The notes beneath the pieces are model-generated. The model worked only from the letters and a program-made list of their open reading frames with translations. It did no database searches and was not told the DNA's origin. A program made the position numbers and the translations under genes. A DNA stretch of 63,418 nucleotides, counting the filler, from Choristocarpus tenellus KU-1152 (taxonomy: Eukaryota; Protista; Phaeophyceae), in NCBI GenBank assembly GCA_964200185.2. It is 7 parts of 7 records of this genome, joined end to end, with 100 filler letters (N's around TTAATTAATTAA, not from the genome) between each part and the next. Parts side by side here need not be neighbours in the genome. Positions count along the whole stretch, not along the records: positions 26,438 to 32,702 come from CAXNAD020008534.1; positions 32,803 to 40,586 come from CAXNAD020005581.1; 5 more parts are not named here. One strand, written 5' to 3'. Positions 26,450 to 39,827 of the stretch are shown here, in pieces. Positions within the stretch are counted from its first letter, which is position 1, and every line of letters starts with the position of its first letter.

Positions 26450-29400
26450 GGAGAGTCTGGAGATTTGTCGCTCTGAGAAGGACAAATCGCAGGGCCGAGA
26501 GGAGATGCTCGAGAAGGAGCTATCGAGCATGTTCAAGAGGGCAACTGCTGCGGTGAGATGGGATGAGGCTAGTCTGAGTCACTGTTGTCATGGATGGACG
26601 GCAATGGGTGGAGGAGGAATGATTGTCTGTCCATGGTATGGTACCTAAGTGGGCATTTCACACTGCCTGAATATTTGACAATGATTAATCACGCTCTCCT
26701 CGTGCAACCGTTAGCTCGAGACCAAAAAAAACAAATCTCCCCCGACCCACTCCTATCCTACCAGTTAGCCCCAAATTGGGATGTCACCAAGTCTGAGTAT
26801 GAGCTTACACTCGATTGAAATAGGGTGGTCAGGCTTCACATCCTGTCTGTGCTTGTGATATGTTGAACAAACGGGGTCTCCCTCTGGCCCTGCGGCCCGG
26901 ACCTCAGTTTTGATACCAAGTCTCAACATGAGACCCGCGCGGCCCGGACCTCAGTTTTGATACCAAGTCTCAACATGAGACCTTGAACCGAGAAACAACA
27001 TCCCTGACCCAAGCCTCGACCTCCACTTTGACACTCAACAAATGTGTCCTGACCTTCTGTTGTGTGATGACTCAGGAGAATTCACTGGCACTTACCACAT
27101 TGTCCCTTGAGGAGACGAGAAGGGACCTTGCTTCAGTTACGAGGGAAAATGCGGATCTGCAGAGTCAACTATCCATCATGAGGCAAGACATATCATATCG
27201 TAGCACTAACCCGGCATGAAGGAGAGATGGGATAGCGGCTGGTGCAGTAGGATCAAAAGTGTAGATATGAATGTAGAAAGCATCTCATCTCTTCCCCACA
27301 CATCTTTACCGGAAGGAGGAGGGTGTAAGGTGAGGCAAGGTTAAGGTTCCGTGCTGTTCTTGGCGAACCATTTCCCTTTGACTGTATGACATACCAAACA
27401 TTGAAATGACCATACGTTTTGTCCACCTTGGCTGCACTTCCTTGATACCAATCTGAAGGGGAAAATTGATGGAAGTGGAGGAGAAGGAAGACAGCGGAGG
27501 GACCATTCTTTCCCAGGTGCCACTTTGTGTTTGATGTGTAGGTGCTCACATGTTTTGTGATTCCAGTACATTCAATGTAGACAATAGGACAGGGTGGACA
27601 CGCATCATCTCTTCACCTTATGTCACGGTCCTATTGTGTGCAATGTACAGAGTACTGTTCATACATGGGTCGAGCTTCATGGGGGATAACGAGGACAAAA
27701 TCAGAGGTGTTAGTAAAGACTTGTTCCAGATAGAATGAAAAATATTGTCATTGACTGTGGAGTAGGAAAAAGCTGAGTGATCCAATTTCCTTCTTTGTGA
27801 CCTGTCGCCAAGGTACATGTCTCCTGTCGCTGACTACCTGCTGATGCCTCGTGCCCTGCCACGTGTTACCTTCCTGGGTACCCTTGTATTGCACTCCCTT
27901 TGTCTGGCTACAAACAGGTCCAAATCGAATCTACACAACTTGGCCTTCTCAATCCGAGGGGAATCTGCAACAAGATGCTGGAACCGATTGGCGGGGACGT
28001 TCATGAGTCTGAGGCACAGGTTAGGAAGCGCTATGGGTCTGGAACTGCTCTCAATTCCTAGACTAGGGGACCTGTTCCAAGGCTGGTAGCAATGCTTTCT
28101 TTCCTTGAATTATTTGGACCTGTTGCTCAAAATCTGATTATTGGCCTGGCACAAGATAGCTTCCTGTATAGTATGCATGTTGTTTGTACCCTCGGCGACT
28201 GAGGATTTGTGCCTGTAGGCTACCTCGCAGTAGATGGTCAGATGAAGTACGATCTTTGTGTGTATATGAGAGTGCAAGATTGTACTCTCATCCCACATAA
28301 TGACACCGGTGTGGGTATGTTCCAGGCACCAGGTGTAACTGAAGTATTAAATTGTTTCAACTCTTTGGCTCTTCCAAAATGAGGTTTGCATCCCATGCTG
28401 TTATCAAGGTGGTGATAGTCTCGTGGTGCTTATCACTAACTCCCTTCTGACATCTGCTGGTGGATTGAACTTCCCATGATGCTCTTATCATTATTGTTAG
28501 ATGCTGCCCCTCTGGCGCCAAATTGCAAGCAGCGTGCAGAGGTTCACAACAGGATGTTTGTTGAAGAACTCCAATGTGTAACACCTCTAGTGCTCCACGG
28601 AATGGCTGATACAATTATATTGCTAGCATGAGTGGTTCTTGACTGTTCATAAATACGTTGTATTCTTCAGTGTAACACCGTCTGTGGGGCATATGTGTCG
28701 AACATTTGCCGATAACCGTCCTCTTCCTCCTCTGCAATTGTCCACAATGTCATATCAGGGGGCTTTCGGGATGTTGACCTTCCTGCAGCCCACAGGAGCT
28801 CTCATTGAAGAAGGGGGCATAGCATCTGACTTGAAGTATGCCCTCAAGACGGCCAAGGTGAGCAAAGTCAACTAGTGGATATATTGTTTTGGACCCACTT
28901 GTGTGGATTGAGGACTGTGTGGGTAGAGGGGGGTCATATGTACTGGTTTCCTTCCAACCATACCCACTCACTCAAACGGTTCACCCTTTTCCGATCAGAG
29001 CCCATAGGTTTGTTGCACCAAGGGCTGTTCACGAACCAGATCTATTCAAACAATACTGTTTCACCAGCAGTTTTGTTTGAGACTCCAATACTATTGTACA
29101 ATGTGCGGTAGACCAGAAGAACCCGGCTCTCAGGAGATGATCATCTCACCTGATTGATACTGGTGGTAGAAGCAAGTCAAGCACTATGATGTGGTCTCGA
29201 GTGGGGTGTTGGCTAAGTGCAACTGCATGCTGGGCCAAGAGGGAAATATCGCTATAGAAGGGTGCAAACTGTTACTGCCCATCCGTATTCCAGTTGATCT
29301 ATTGCTTGGACATTTCACGGTAATTCCCACAACTGCTGTACAGACAGTTTTAGTTCCTCTGATGTGGTATTGATATTGGAGAGTGCTCTGGATGCAACAA

Positions 29401-32325
29401 TGTAGAGCTTTTGTATATTTTCAATACGAATGAAGGTAGTATTTTTGGGTGGCCATGGAACATGGTCCTTGGTTGTGGTTTTGGAGGAGATGAAGGGGGA
29501 ACATTCTAGTCACCTTTGGCCCCTTCCCCTCTTTTATCAAATGCATGTATGTATCCCTCAGGCAGATGAGGGTTCAGTCCGTCAGGGTCTCAATGAGGTG
29601 CGTGTGCTGAAGGACTTGCACCATAGTGGGTGGGAGCACAACCACACCGTCAGATTCTTGGCAGGGGAGGAGGGCTCCAGTGATGGCAGCACACCTATGC
29701 TCCTCATGCTCATGGAGGAAGGCACAGTTGCAGACCTCATCAAGGCCTCCGGTGGTATGACCCACAGGGACCTACTAAGGCAAGCACACAAAGTGTCTTT
29801 TGCAGTGACAACGAGTCCTCCCAGAACTGTACCGATTTTGGTCGTATTCTTCCGTCACAGCACTTTCCCCAGTTGCTGGACAAGGTTTGAACCTTCCACT
29901 TGCCTTAGTGCTTACTTATTGCCTCTTGCGGCGTTAAAGTGATGATGATGGACCCAAAGTATCTCGGGGGGGGGGGGGTCTACACCAGAGTATCCATTTG
30001 AACCAAAACCAGGAAAAGTGCACTTTCATTATCAATCCAATGTATGGACCCAAATCAGACAAAAATCGTGACATGAAAAAAATGTCCCCAAATGGACAGC
30101 CGCCACCCCCCCCCAGATACTTGGACCCATGGCATGTGGTGGGAAGCGGATACACTGTAGGTAATTTTGACCCAAGTCTCACACCAACCAGTGACTTGTC
30201 TGTAGGGTGCGTTGTCTGCCCAATGATGGGTCAGCACTGACTGAAGAACTTGTTTCCCCTCAACAAAATGCCCAACTCCAGGCCCCTTGCGGGGATTGCC
30301 AACGCAGTACAGATGCTGCATGACCATCCTCTGCGGATTCTGCACCGGGATATCAAGCCCGAGAACATTCTATACCGCAGCGGAGGAGGAGGAGAGCGCA
30401 TCTTCATGCTGGCGGACTTTGGACTGGCCCTGTCTACTGCTGGTGAAGGTGACCCTGCTCCGCCAATGAGTTGAAGGGATTACCCGGCTATTTCCTGTGC
30501 AGAACCAGATGCTAGTGTGCTTTACAGTGCCGCACGTCCTTTTCTTCCAAATTGTATCGTTGAGAGCGGGGCAGTTACCATTCTCACTATCTCCATCCGT
30601 ACTCTATTTGGGATGACACAAATCACATGGGAGGGATGTAGAGAAATCCACATGCTTCCAAGCATTAGATGCAACTGTAAATAGTCAAGAATACCATTGA
30701 TAGCATGAATGGTAAGCTGACCTTCCACCTGTCTAAGAGTGTCTATTGTCAATTGTTTCCCCCTATCTGTAGAGCTTGGCCTTCAATCCATAGATAGGTA
30801 GTCGGGTATAATGTCCCTACCCATGGAGTTCCCACGAAATCCATTTTCACTTGTGTTGCCATAGTCGGATTTTGTTTCCTTGAATGATGAAAATTTGTGT
30901 GTGTGTGTGTGTGTCATTAGATTGTTTTCATTTCAAAGTTGGTGCAAGGCCAGAGTGTTTATGGATTGCTGTTCATACCCCAGCACTTGTATTATAATGT
31001 TATATATTATATAAAGAGAGCACTACATAGTATGTATACATTTATATGTAGAGAAATAGAGGCCAATGGAAGAAAAGGAATGAGGAAAGTCTAATGTACC
31101 CTGTACCTAAAGAGGGCAGACCAGAATACCCAGGAACAACGCACTAGCACCCAATAGCTTGGAATGGATGTCATTAATGTATTGAATAATACAGTATAAC
31201 ATATATTCCAGCTTATTCAAGGACTGTACTGTACATTTTCTTTTCTCTTACGAAATCCGTTTTGTATCCTTTTTTTTATCCTCAGTGTGTGTTCTCAAGG
31301 AAGTTCACTGTTTGTGACAGAGGTATTGGCAGGAGATATGGTATGCAAACATATTGCAGGGTAAGGACAGTATGCACCAATTGCCAAGTCAGTCCTCCTC
31401 ACTTATCAATTTTTGCCATGTCGCCCCACACACAGCACACATTGAATCCAATTCTTGACATTGGTCCACAATGACACACGCAACTAACATCCACTTCTCA
31501 CTCAATGAATTACTACAGCACTACCTGCTGCTAAACCCAGCAACCTTGGAGCTGGGACAGCGGAGTATGCTGCCCCAGAGACAATGGACGATGGAGGCTC
31601 TACTCTTCCAGACCCCTTTTGGTGGAGACGTGAGCCCCTGCTGTCAAGGATGGGTAGTGAGGGGTATCTTGCTTCTGAAACGGGATTCTTTCTCTATATT
31701 TGTTGTTACTACTGGTTTTGTATCATACTACTCCACAGTAGATATATTTATTGGGACATCAGGAAAATGTCTCGGCATTGAAAGTAGCAGCAACCAACAG
31801 GTTTACAATGTGTTTTTCAGAGACTTGCTTGCTACAGTACATCACCACGAGAAGAGTATCAATAGGCAACAAAGTTTGGTTGTGCATGCTTCAAGTCTTA
31901 CATCGCTGTCAGATGCCTCATGTCATTGCAAGACTAAACAATGCGAGGAACACTGTATCTGTACATATCAACCAGCAGACTGACCATTGTATGGGCACAG
32001 CTTGACGATCAGTCCATTATGTCTGGAAAGACTTATGAGCTGCACACGTATCCCTGAGATGTCGCTGCATGTTCATGGTATGCCCTCTCCTCCAATGTAG
32101 GTTTTGTATGGTACTGGTTCAAACTACCTCTATAAGCTGAATGAAGACAAGGAAGACACTAAGGAGATGGTGGAAGAGGCTCGGCAAAACCTCAATGCGC
32201 TCAGCAAAGTGAGGCAAGGGGTTCATGAGGACAACTTGCCTGGGGGCCAGCAGGAGCTCTTGGAGGTACAGGACTTCTTGAATGAGGCCCAGAGGAAACT
32301 GCACCTCATCACAAAGGAGCAGCAG
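26450..32325 (+). CDS. Coiled-coil Ser/Thr protein kinase (partial; C-lobe unresolved)
   Basis: Exons 26450-26552, 27076-27182, 27651-27708, 28759-28857, 29562-29779, 30282-30442 (or 30448), 31519-~31629 and probably 32101-32325. Motifs: KIRG/GAFG glycine loop, YALK, alphaC Glu in GLNEVRVLK, HRDIKPENIL, DFGLA, GTAEYAAPE. Phases agree through subdomain VIII. Confidence 0.85.
26892..26982. repeat. Tandem duplication with a 47-bp period
   Basis: gcggcccggacctcagttttgataccaagtctcaacatgagacc occurs at 26892 and 26939. Confidence 0.9.
27800..28400 (-). mobile_element. Possible decayed LINE (RTE-like) ORF2 fragment in a kinase intron
   Basis: IHTKIVLHLTIYCEVAYRH loosely resembles the post-RT TKxxLYxxIVxxxLLYG segment of RTE-type LINEs. 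Many stops. Confidence 0.3.
29951..30128. mobile_element. MITE family B, copy 4 (TSD ATG), in the kinase GC-AG intron
   Basis: atg|gacccaaagtatctcggggg...ccccagatacttggaccc|atg. Confidence 0.88.
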
Positions 32326-32595
32326 GCATGTAGGATATCAGAGTATGCCAAGATCATTATATGCCTATTGGAGAATGTTGGTGTGGGACAAGTCTATCCA
32401 GCATATCTCTTTCCAGGATCGGTGTCATCATTAGGATGCACCAATAGGGTGACACTGTGTAAGTGACTCTTGCTTCCTGTACTTTCGTGTTTGCACCGTT
32501 CAAAGATGTGCACTTTGTACTGGTCTTACTCGTTTTTGTATTAGCAGAGGAAGTTACCTTGTGTACATCGAGTGAATACCTCGTAGAGGATCTGT

Positions 32596-32702
32596 GACTA
32601 AAGGTATCTCGGGGGGGGGGGGGGGGGGGGGGGGTCACCAGAGGGTTGTTTTTTTGGCCAAAAAGAAGAAAAGATAAATTTAATTATATACAAACAACCC
32701 AC
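32596..32702. mobile_element. MITE family B, copy 5 (truncated by contig end)
   Basis: gactaaaggtatctcggggg... left end homologous to copy 4. Confidence 0.7.
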
Positions 32703-32802
32703 NNNNNNNNNNNNNNNNNNNNNNNNNNNNNNNNNNNNNNNNNNNNTTAATTAATTAANNNNNNNNNNNNNNNNNNNNNNNNNNNNNNNNNNNNNNNNNN
32801 NN

Positions 32803-35800
32803 CCCCTTTCCCTCGCCTCTATAGCAGACCGTAGAACTGTCACGACCTTGGTAGGAATCTTTTTGCCGTTCCCAACAAGTTTCTCGCAAGTCGAAACAAT
32901 ACCCGCCACGGGTTCCCAGCTTACGTCCTTAACCCACTTCTGTTTCCCAGTTCGCCCGGATCTATCACCAGCGTGTATGTAGCCTTCTACAAAACTACTT
33001 TTCCCATACTTCTAAAAGGTCATATACGCGGCGTTGTCACGTGTGTGGTCACTGGTCGTCTGAAGCCAGTGAAGATCCACCCCACGCTCCCCGTCCTCGC
33101 CGACACGCTCCGCTAGGATCTTGCCGACCAAGAGCGGCACCTCCGTTGCCACAAAAAAGGCAAGCCTGCCTTCCTGCATAGAGACGAGGTTTGCATGGCT
33201 CGCCGATGTCAACATAGCACGAGGCCAACCCCGTCGACGGAAACCTGCTTCTTCCTTGCCACTGTCCGATGCGGAAGAGTGTGTTTCCTCGAGCCCGCCG
33301 AGATCATTGTCACCGCTGACGAGATTATCTCCTCCTCCCGAACGTTCGCCCTGGTCGGTGTCTTCGATGTCGCTGGTAGGAGTTCCAGCACCATTGTTAT
33401 CGGTGGGAAGCCAATGGACTGGGAGGTCGAAATCTCGTTCCCCTGTCTTTTTGAGAAGCCGCACAGACTCGCTTTGCTGGTGTTTCGCTCTCTGAACGGC
33501 TTCATCGTCTGTGAAGGTGGAATCCATGAGCACGAGAACATCAACGGTATGGAAGCATGAATATTACTTTGTAACCAGGTGTGAGGTTTCACCAATGCGC
33601 TCGGGGAGCATGTGGTGAGATGGAGGGTGTATATTTCGTCGGATTCGTGTCTGTTGATTACAAGACCGGTACCCTCAAAACATTTATCGGGGGTAACCTA
33701 TGGTGCTTTTTATTGTAACATGCGACGATCACTATGCATCAGAATGGAATATTTTTCAAGATTGTTTTTCTAAAGGCTGTAAGGGCTGCCTCGTAAAGAA
33801 GTTGCATCAGATTTTTTTGGCTGCCACCGAATACCAAGATTAGCTATCAAATAAGCTCACGAAAAAATCGACTTACCCAGTGGGTACGTAGCAGGGAGGC
33901 GATCGTGCGACACCTGGTATAGCTGCTCCACCTTCAGGATGACGTCTTCGGGAACACTCTTGAGCTGGTAGGGTGGTACATCTTGGATATGAGGCAGGTG
34001 GCGGATGAAGAGGTCGTGCGGAGGGGCGTTGGGGTTGATATAGCAAGGTCTCCGCCTATCCCACCCCATTTGGTGCTGTGCATGTATCGCTTTACGCTAA
34101 CCTTAACCCGCCCATCACCGCCTTTTTCAACGCGAAAAGCCCTGTAGCTCGTGATATTGGGGACACGCTTGACTCGATCGCAAAGGAGTCCCTTGAAGTT
34201 TCCCTCGTTCCGTAGGGTCTTGCAGTATACTGGAACCTCCGTGTAAGAGGCCTGCAGCTCTTCACCCAGCTGGGTTCTTGTGAATATGTTCTTCCCTTTT
34301 ATACCACGTGAGAACCTGAAGGTGAAATGCAAGCAAGTTAATTTTGAGGCGGGGGCGAAAGAAACGAAGTGGAGAAGCAAGAATATATGCAGGCACATGC
34401 TCTGATGCATGTATATGGAAGTATAGATATAAAAAGGGGTGATGCGTACATTTTTTTTATTGTTTCTTTCGAGAGTATGTTACGAAACAGCTTTGGCAGC
34501 TGCTCTTATCGTTCAATTTTGTTGAGGGGAAATTAAAAGCCAATCAATCAATTACAGTGTATGACCATAAACCTTCCATGGATGCAACAAGCGTGAGCTG
34601 CAAGCCTCAAGGCAGTATCTGTCCGTATCAAAACACTATGTGGCTATCGAACTTGCATATCTTGCCTAATTACCTGGAGAAGATCTGATCGATTTTGATG
34701 TGCGTGTGCCCCACCATCATAAAATATATCTCGACCACACGAATGACACTCGCCGCAACCAACAGCCCCGCATATCCGAGAAAGAAATTGTTCTTGTTCT
34801 CTGAGACGCAGTTGTCAACCTGGCCAATTTGGGGAGTTGGGAGCGAGGGAGGGATAGACGTGAGGCCGATATGTCAGCCCATTTCGCCGCGTTTCGTGGA
34901 GGAACAGGGTATGTTTCCAGTACTGCTAGAGCGCAAGCTCTACATCACCGCCATCATACATGCAGGTTTTAACACACAAACCAAAACTAAAGACCGTGCA
35001 GTTAGTTACTTGGTGACCGGTATTCAGCGAGTATGTGTTGAGTAGGTCATGTCAAGATGAAACTTTCTTACCTACCAAAGGGCGCGCTGGATAATGCAAC
35101 TCCCCGCGTGATCGAGGCTGTTGTGGTACTTGTCGATAAGCCTTGTGAGGACAAGGTGGGTGGCTGTGCAGACAAGGTTACAACCTGCGCGAACGATGAT
35201 GTCCGTCGTTAGTTGGCAAATAGTACTCTGCTTACTTACACATTGTTTATTTGGAGCTAATAAGAGGGGTAATGGAATTTGTTTTTGCAATGTAGAGCAC
35301 ATGCACCAGAATGGCTGATATACATGTCTGTGGGTTTTCCTCCTCGATGATTAGCTCTTACACTCTTCTTGCCCTAACCCTAAGCTGAGGCGTAGGAGGG
35401 CAGGGGAGCACAGCGCATCACCAGTTAATCGAATGTTCACTAGGCCTGCGGTATCTGTAGGCACATCGTGTAAGGATGTACTCGTCCTCCTGTATCTAAC
35501 CTACAGCAGGTCCACTCACCACGACGGTAAATCAAGTGGTGCGTGCGCAACCAGCATCTATTCAGTCATGTGATTGTTTGCCACGACCCACAATACGTAC
35601 CTCCTCCAAGATTGATAGGAGTGAAGAACACCTCCGCGAACTAGCCTTCGACGTGTGCAGCCATGATCTTCTGGCGCTTGGAGTAGCCCCTAATAAGAAG
35701 GACGTGAACCAAAGAAACGTGTAAAGAAAGGTTCTACGGTGCGTCGTCATCATGATCAAAGGAATAGGTAGTGGAATTATGTGCGTCTGTCTTGGCGATT

Positions 35801-38451
35801 ATTTCTTGGGACTTTGCATTCATTCGTAGAATAAAACAGGGTCGTCTATTCTGTTCCGCGTGCGGCTGCAAAGTTGTTGTCGGATGGACTATGCGTGCGT
35901 GTGGTTATCTGTCACCACCGTGGGTAGGTGGGTAAAGTGCTGGGAGGGCGTGTGCTGTCTGGTTCGCGGCGTCTACGGACATGAACACGAAGCCAAGCCG
36001 AGAGGTTTGTCGTCGGCTTTGGCCCGCATGGCGCTGCTGGTGCTGTTGGCGATGACTAGCCGATCCGCTTGGATAATATGGCGAATGGGGGAGAGCAACA
36101 TCACGTCTGTAAATCAAATAAATCTGCTCAGAGTTTTAAACAAATGGCCACTTGTTAACACGTATCAGGTTAGTAACAAAAATGGAGTGTAGTTAACAAT
36201 AAATGTTTGTCTTTGGATATGTTTTTTATTGCTGCGTTCAAGACAAACAGAGTGTTATCGGGATGGTAGGAAGTACGTACGTACGGGGCCGGAAGACCGC
36301 TACATCACCTGTCCCTCCCACAGCCCATTGTACACGACCAGGAAGCAGTCTATCATACAAGGTGTTTGGGAAGGTAATAATAACATTTTTGCGGTGAGTG
36401 AGGCTGCTGCTGCTGCCATAAGCACCTACGTGGGAGTCTTCATTCGCAAAAGGAAACAGATGTTCTTGAATATGGAGGGCAATGACAGCGACATGTTGCC
36501 ACTGTACCCTTGTTGCAAAAATAACGCTGGAGACCTACCTCTCGATGGTCTGACAGCTCCTTATCGATGGACTTAAGGAAGGTGGAGTCGTTCGTGGGTT
36601 TTACACCAGGTGCACCGTGCTGCTTCTCTTTTAATGTGACACATATGTCACATTTCATAAACTCGCCTCCTACCCTCACCCTGATGTTAGGCCTGTCCTC
36701 TCTGAGCTATCGGAGGAAGTGCGCCCTGCTTACCCGCTTGGAAGGGCCGTCAGGATACACCCGTATTGCCTCTTTGCAAAAATCCTTATATAGCTCCTAA
36801 TTAAAAATGTTGGTTATGTGGGCAAGTGAGGAGTTATTGAGAAGGAACATTCGAAGAACACCCCTGGAAGATCTCTCGAAGGCGGGCTGACCAATAACTT
36901 GACTGAGAACGCGGAAGACAGGATCAAGCAAGCTTATATCGTGCGTTACGAAAGAGCAAATACAATGATCTTCGTAAATCTTCCATGAGCGTCATTCTGT
37001 TCGGGCCTCGCTGCCGTTTGCAGAAGCGTCAAAGGAGGCGAATCTACCAGCATCATCATCATCATCACGAAGCGCTTTAGACATATAAGTACACAATTTT
37101 CCTACCAATGTCAGACCGGGCCCGGGGCCGCAGAGCAGGTGTACAAGGCGTTGAAATAACAGTTATTGTGTCTTCCTTCGTAAAAGTGACGAAGAGTATC
37201 ATCATGAACATTGTAATCTCGACATAGCAAACAAAAAAAATAGCCGTTGGTACGAATCTTGACATGTTCTTTTAACCACAATATCAGACCAGTCAAAGTA
37301 ATGAACATCCACCACTCGAAATACTATTTCGATCCACCTTTTCTACGTACTGCTGGGTCACACAGTTTGCGTCTAACTCCAACACAGGGTGCGGCCAACC
37401 TCTCCACAACCAAGGGCAAAACCTACCTGTTTGTTCGCGGCGTAGATCACAATTGTGGACTTGTGAGGCATGAACTGCCCGTATGTATCAGCCCAGTAGT
37501 CTATTCAGGACATCACCAGGTCTCGCTTCGGAGCCATGTCCTTATCTTTGTTCGTGCCGTTCCTGTTGTAGTAGCACACGTATGTATATAAATGGATGGG
37601 AGATGTGTTGGAGGTGGATACGAGGGACGGGGGATGGCATCCTAGAGGGATCGTAGGCCAGCAGCGGATGACATATTCTGTAGATATTTACACGTGGTAA
37701 CTGCTGCAGCAGCGTGGGGACGGCCGGATGAGATGATACTGTTGAAGCATAAAAAAACATATTGCACGTGTATATACATACATAGGTAAGACGTTACTCC
37801 ACGCTAGAGGGATCTCTAACTTTGTATATCAGACATCTAGGCATCGTAACTGCAAAGGAAATGTGGTGAGTACGGTCGGATTACATTGTTCTCAGATAGG
37901 ACTACTATTCAATCATCAAGCAGGGGGGAAAATATACCGGGTACAAGTAACACTGTGTACATACATCAAACCCACCTCTCCACGCCGGTGGATGCTCTTG
38001 CATTAGGTGTGCCTTTGCAAGCGTCGATGACATGATTAAATATCCCGAATGATTACTTGAAAAACTGCATACAGACGGGAATGCCGGCCGCGAGCATAGA
38101 TCCACCTCCAGGTCCCAACTCAATCACAGGTACACGGTCGCCAACAAAGTTCTTGCGATCACAGCAGTTCTCACACGCCCGGATGATGTCCTGCACTTTG
38201 GCCAACATGCCTGCAAGGAAGGACTCGCTATCTGCCGTGAACTTGTTCACACAGGCTAAGCGCTTGTACCAGTCACCCTGTTTGTTGACCGGGATGGGTT
38301 GAGCCCATCCTCGGCGAAGCTTGGCGCCGGTCGCTGAAGCGTCATTGGTATGAAGCTCCAGTGCATCATTGTTGGTGGGCTGGTGAGGGGGCAACACGGG
38401 GGGAAATGCAGGCGACAAAAGCCAACCCCTTGCTGTGGAAGCAACTGTCAT
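32803..38451 (-). pseudogene. Intron-containing DUF7869-type (Sola-like) DDE transposase, decayed
   Basis: Exons in order: 38451-~38056 (PVCMQFFK); ~37560-37427 (YWADTYGQFMPHK); 36796-36539 (ELYKDF...FMKCDIC, in-frame TAG); ~36060-35900 (FMSVDAANQTAHALP); ~35700-35601; 35184-35072 (GCNLVCTATH); 34819-34674 (VDNCVSENKN...FMMVGHTHIKIDQIFSR); 34315-~33914; ~33540-32803. The DNCxxENKN and GHTHxxIDQxFS motifs fit this family. Several nonsense and frameshift lesions. Confidence 0.8.
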
Positions 38452-38528
38452 GGTGTTTTCGGGTAATAGGTGGTCTTGGGCAGTGAGAAGGTCTAGGAGT
38501 GATTAGATTCGAAGGCGAGCGTATGAAC

Positions 38529-39580
38529 TTTGTTTGAGCCTCGGGCAATTCGTGGGACAACCCTGAGATCTATGATCCTGAAAATCCGTGCATTACGCTT
38601 TTCGGAAGTTGTAAATCCGATTATATCCGTGATTTTTATTTTTTTAAATAAACTCACATACGTAATTGATATTGTACGTTTCCAATGTTCCGAAACCAAA
38701 TTTGTTTGAGCCTCAGGCGATCGGTGGGACCACCCTGAGATCCATGATCCTGAAAATCCGTGTATTACATTTTTAGGAAGTTGTAAATCCGATTATATCC
38801 GTAATTTTTATTTTTTTAAATACAAATCACATACTTCATTGATCTTGTACGTTTCCAATGTTCCGAAACCAACTTTCTTTGAACTCCGGGCGATCCGTGG
38901 GCTAACCCTTAGATCCATGATCCTGAAAATCCGTGCATTACGGTTTTCGGAAGTTGTAAATCCGATTATACCCGTACTTACAATTTTTTTAAACACAAAG
39001 CACATACTTCGTTGATCTCGTACGTTTCCATTGTTCAGAAACCAAAACGTCAAAAAACAACTAGCACCCTCTAATATTTTGAAGTACAAAATCTTACAAA
39101 ATTGGACATTTGGATTCTTGTAAGTTCTAGAGACAACAAAAAGGGGTTCTTTGGGTAAACGGGATCCTATCGGATCTTGTTTACCCTTGAACACCCCAAA
39201 CACGTGCATTAGGGTTTTTAGAAATAGTAAATCCAGGACTAACCGTTCTTACAATTTTTGAAAATACAAAGCACGCACTTTATGGGTCTCACACGTTTCC
39301 AATTTTCAGAAACTAAAAGGTCACTTCCAACTGGTACCCACAATTTATTTAAATACTAAAACCGCTTTTTGGCGACTTCAGTATTCTTGAAATACTAGAG
39401 ATGACAAAAAAGCGGATATATAGTTTTAAAGATCCGGTTCGATCTCCTAAACCCTTGAAGACCCAAAACACGTGCGTTAGGGTTTTTACGAAATAATAAT
39501 GATATTCTAATCTTTATATCAACAAATAAAATACAAACCACATCCTTCATTGATCCAATACGTTTGAAACGTACGAAAGG
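38529..39580. repeat. Tandem array of 3 x 172-173 bp units followed by 2 diverged ~270-bp units
   Basis: Units start at 38529, 38701 and 38874 (core gatcctgaaaatccgtgcattac...gaagttgtaaatccgattat). Longer related units start at ~39059 and ~39329. Confidence 0.9.
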
Positions 39581-39827
39581 AAAGGGTGACAAAAAAACAG
39601 CTACTCTCCGTCTCTTTTCAATATAAAATCGTATGCTGTTCGATATTCGTATTTTTTATAACACAATTCTCAACAGAAAGACAAATCTTAGTTTTGAGGA
39701 CCGACCGACCAGATGAAATAAAGCAGCACCTCCCATCCCTCAGCCCTCATATCAATTCATTCCCTTCCGTACATACCACACAGACCTGTCATTTATCGAT
39801 CCCCGTCACACCCTCCCAATCTTTGCC

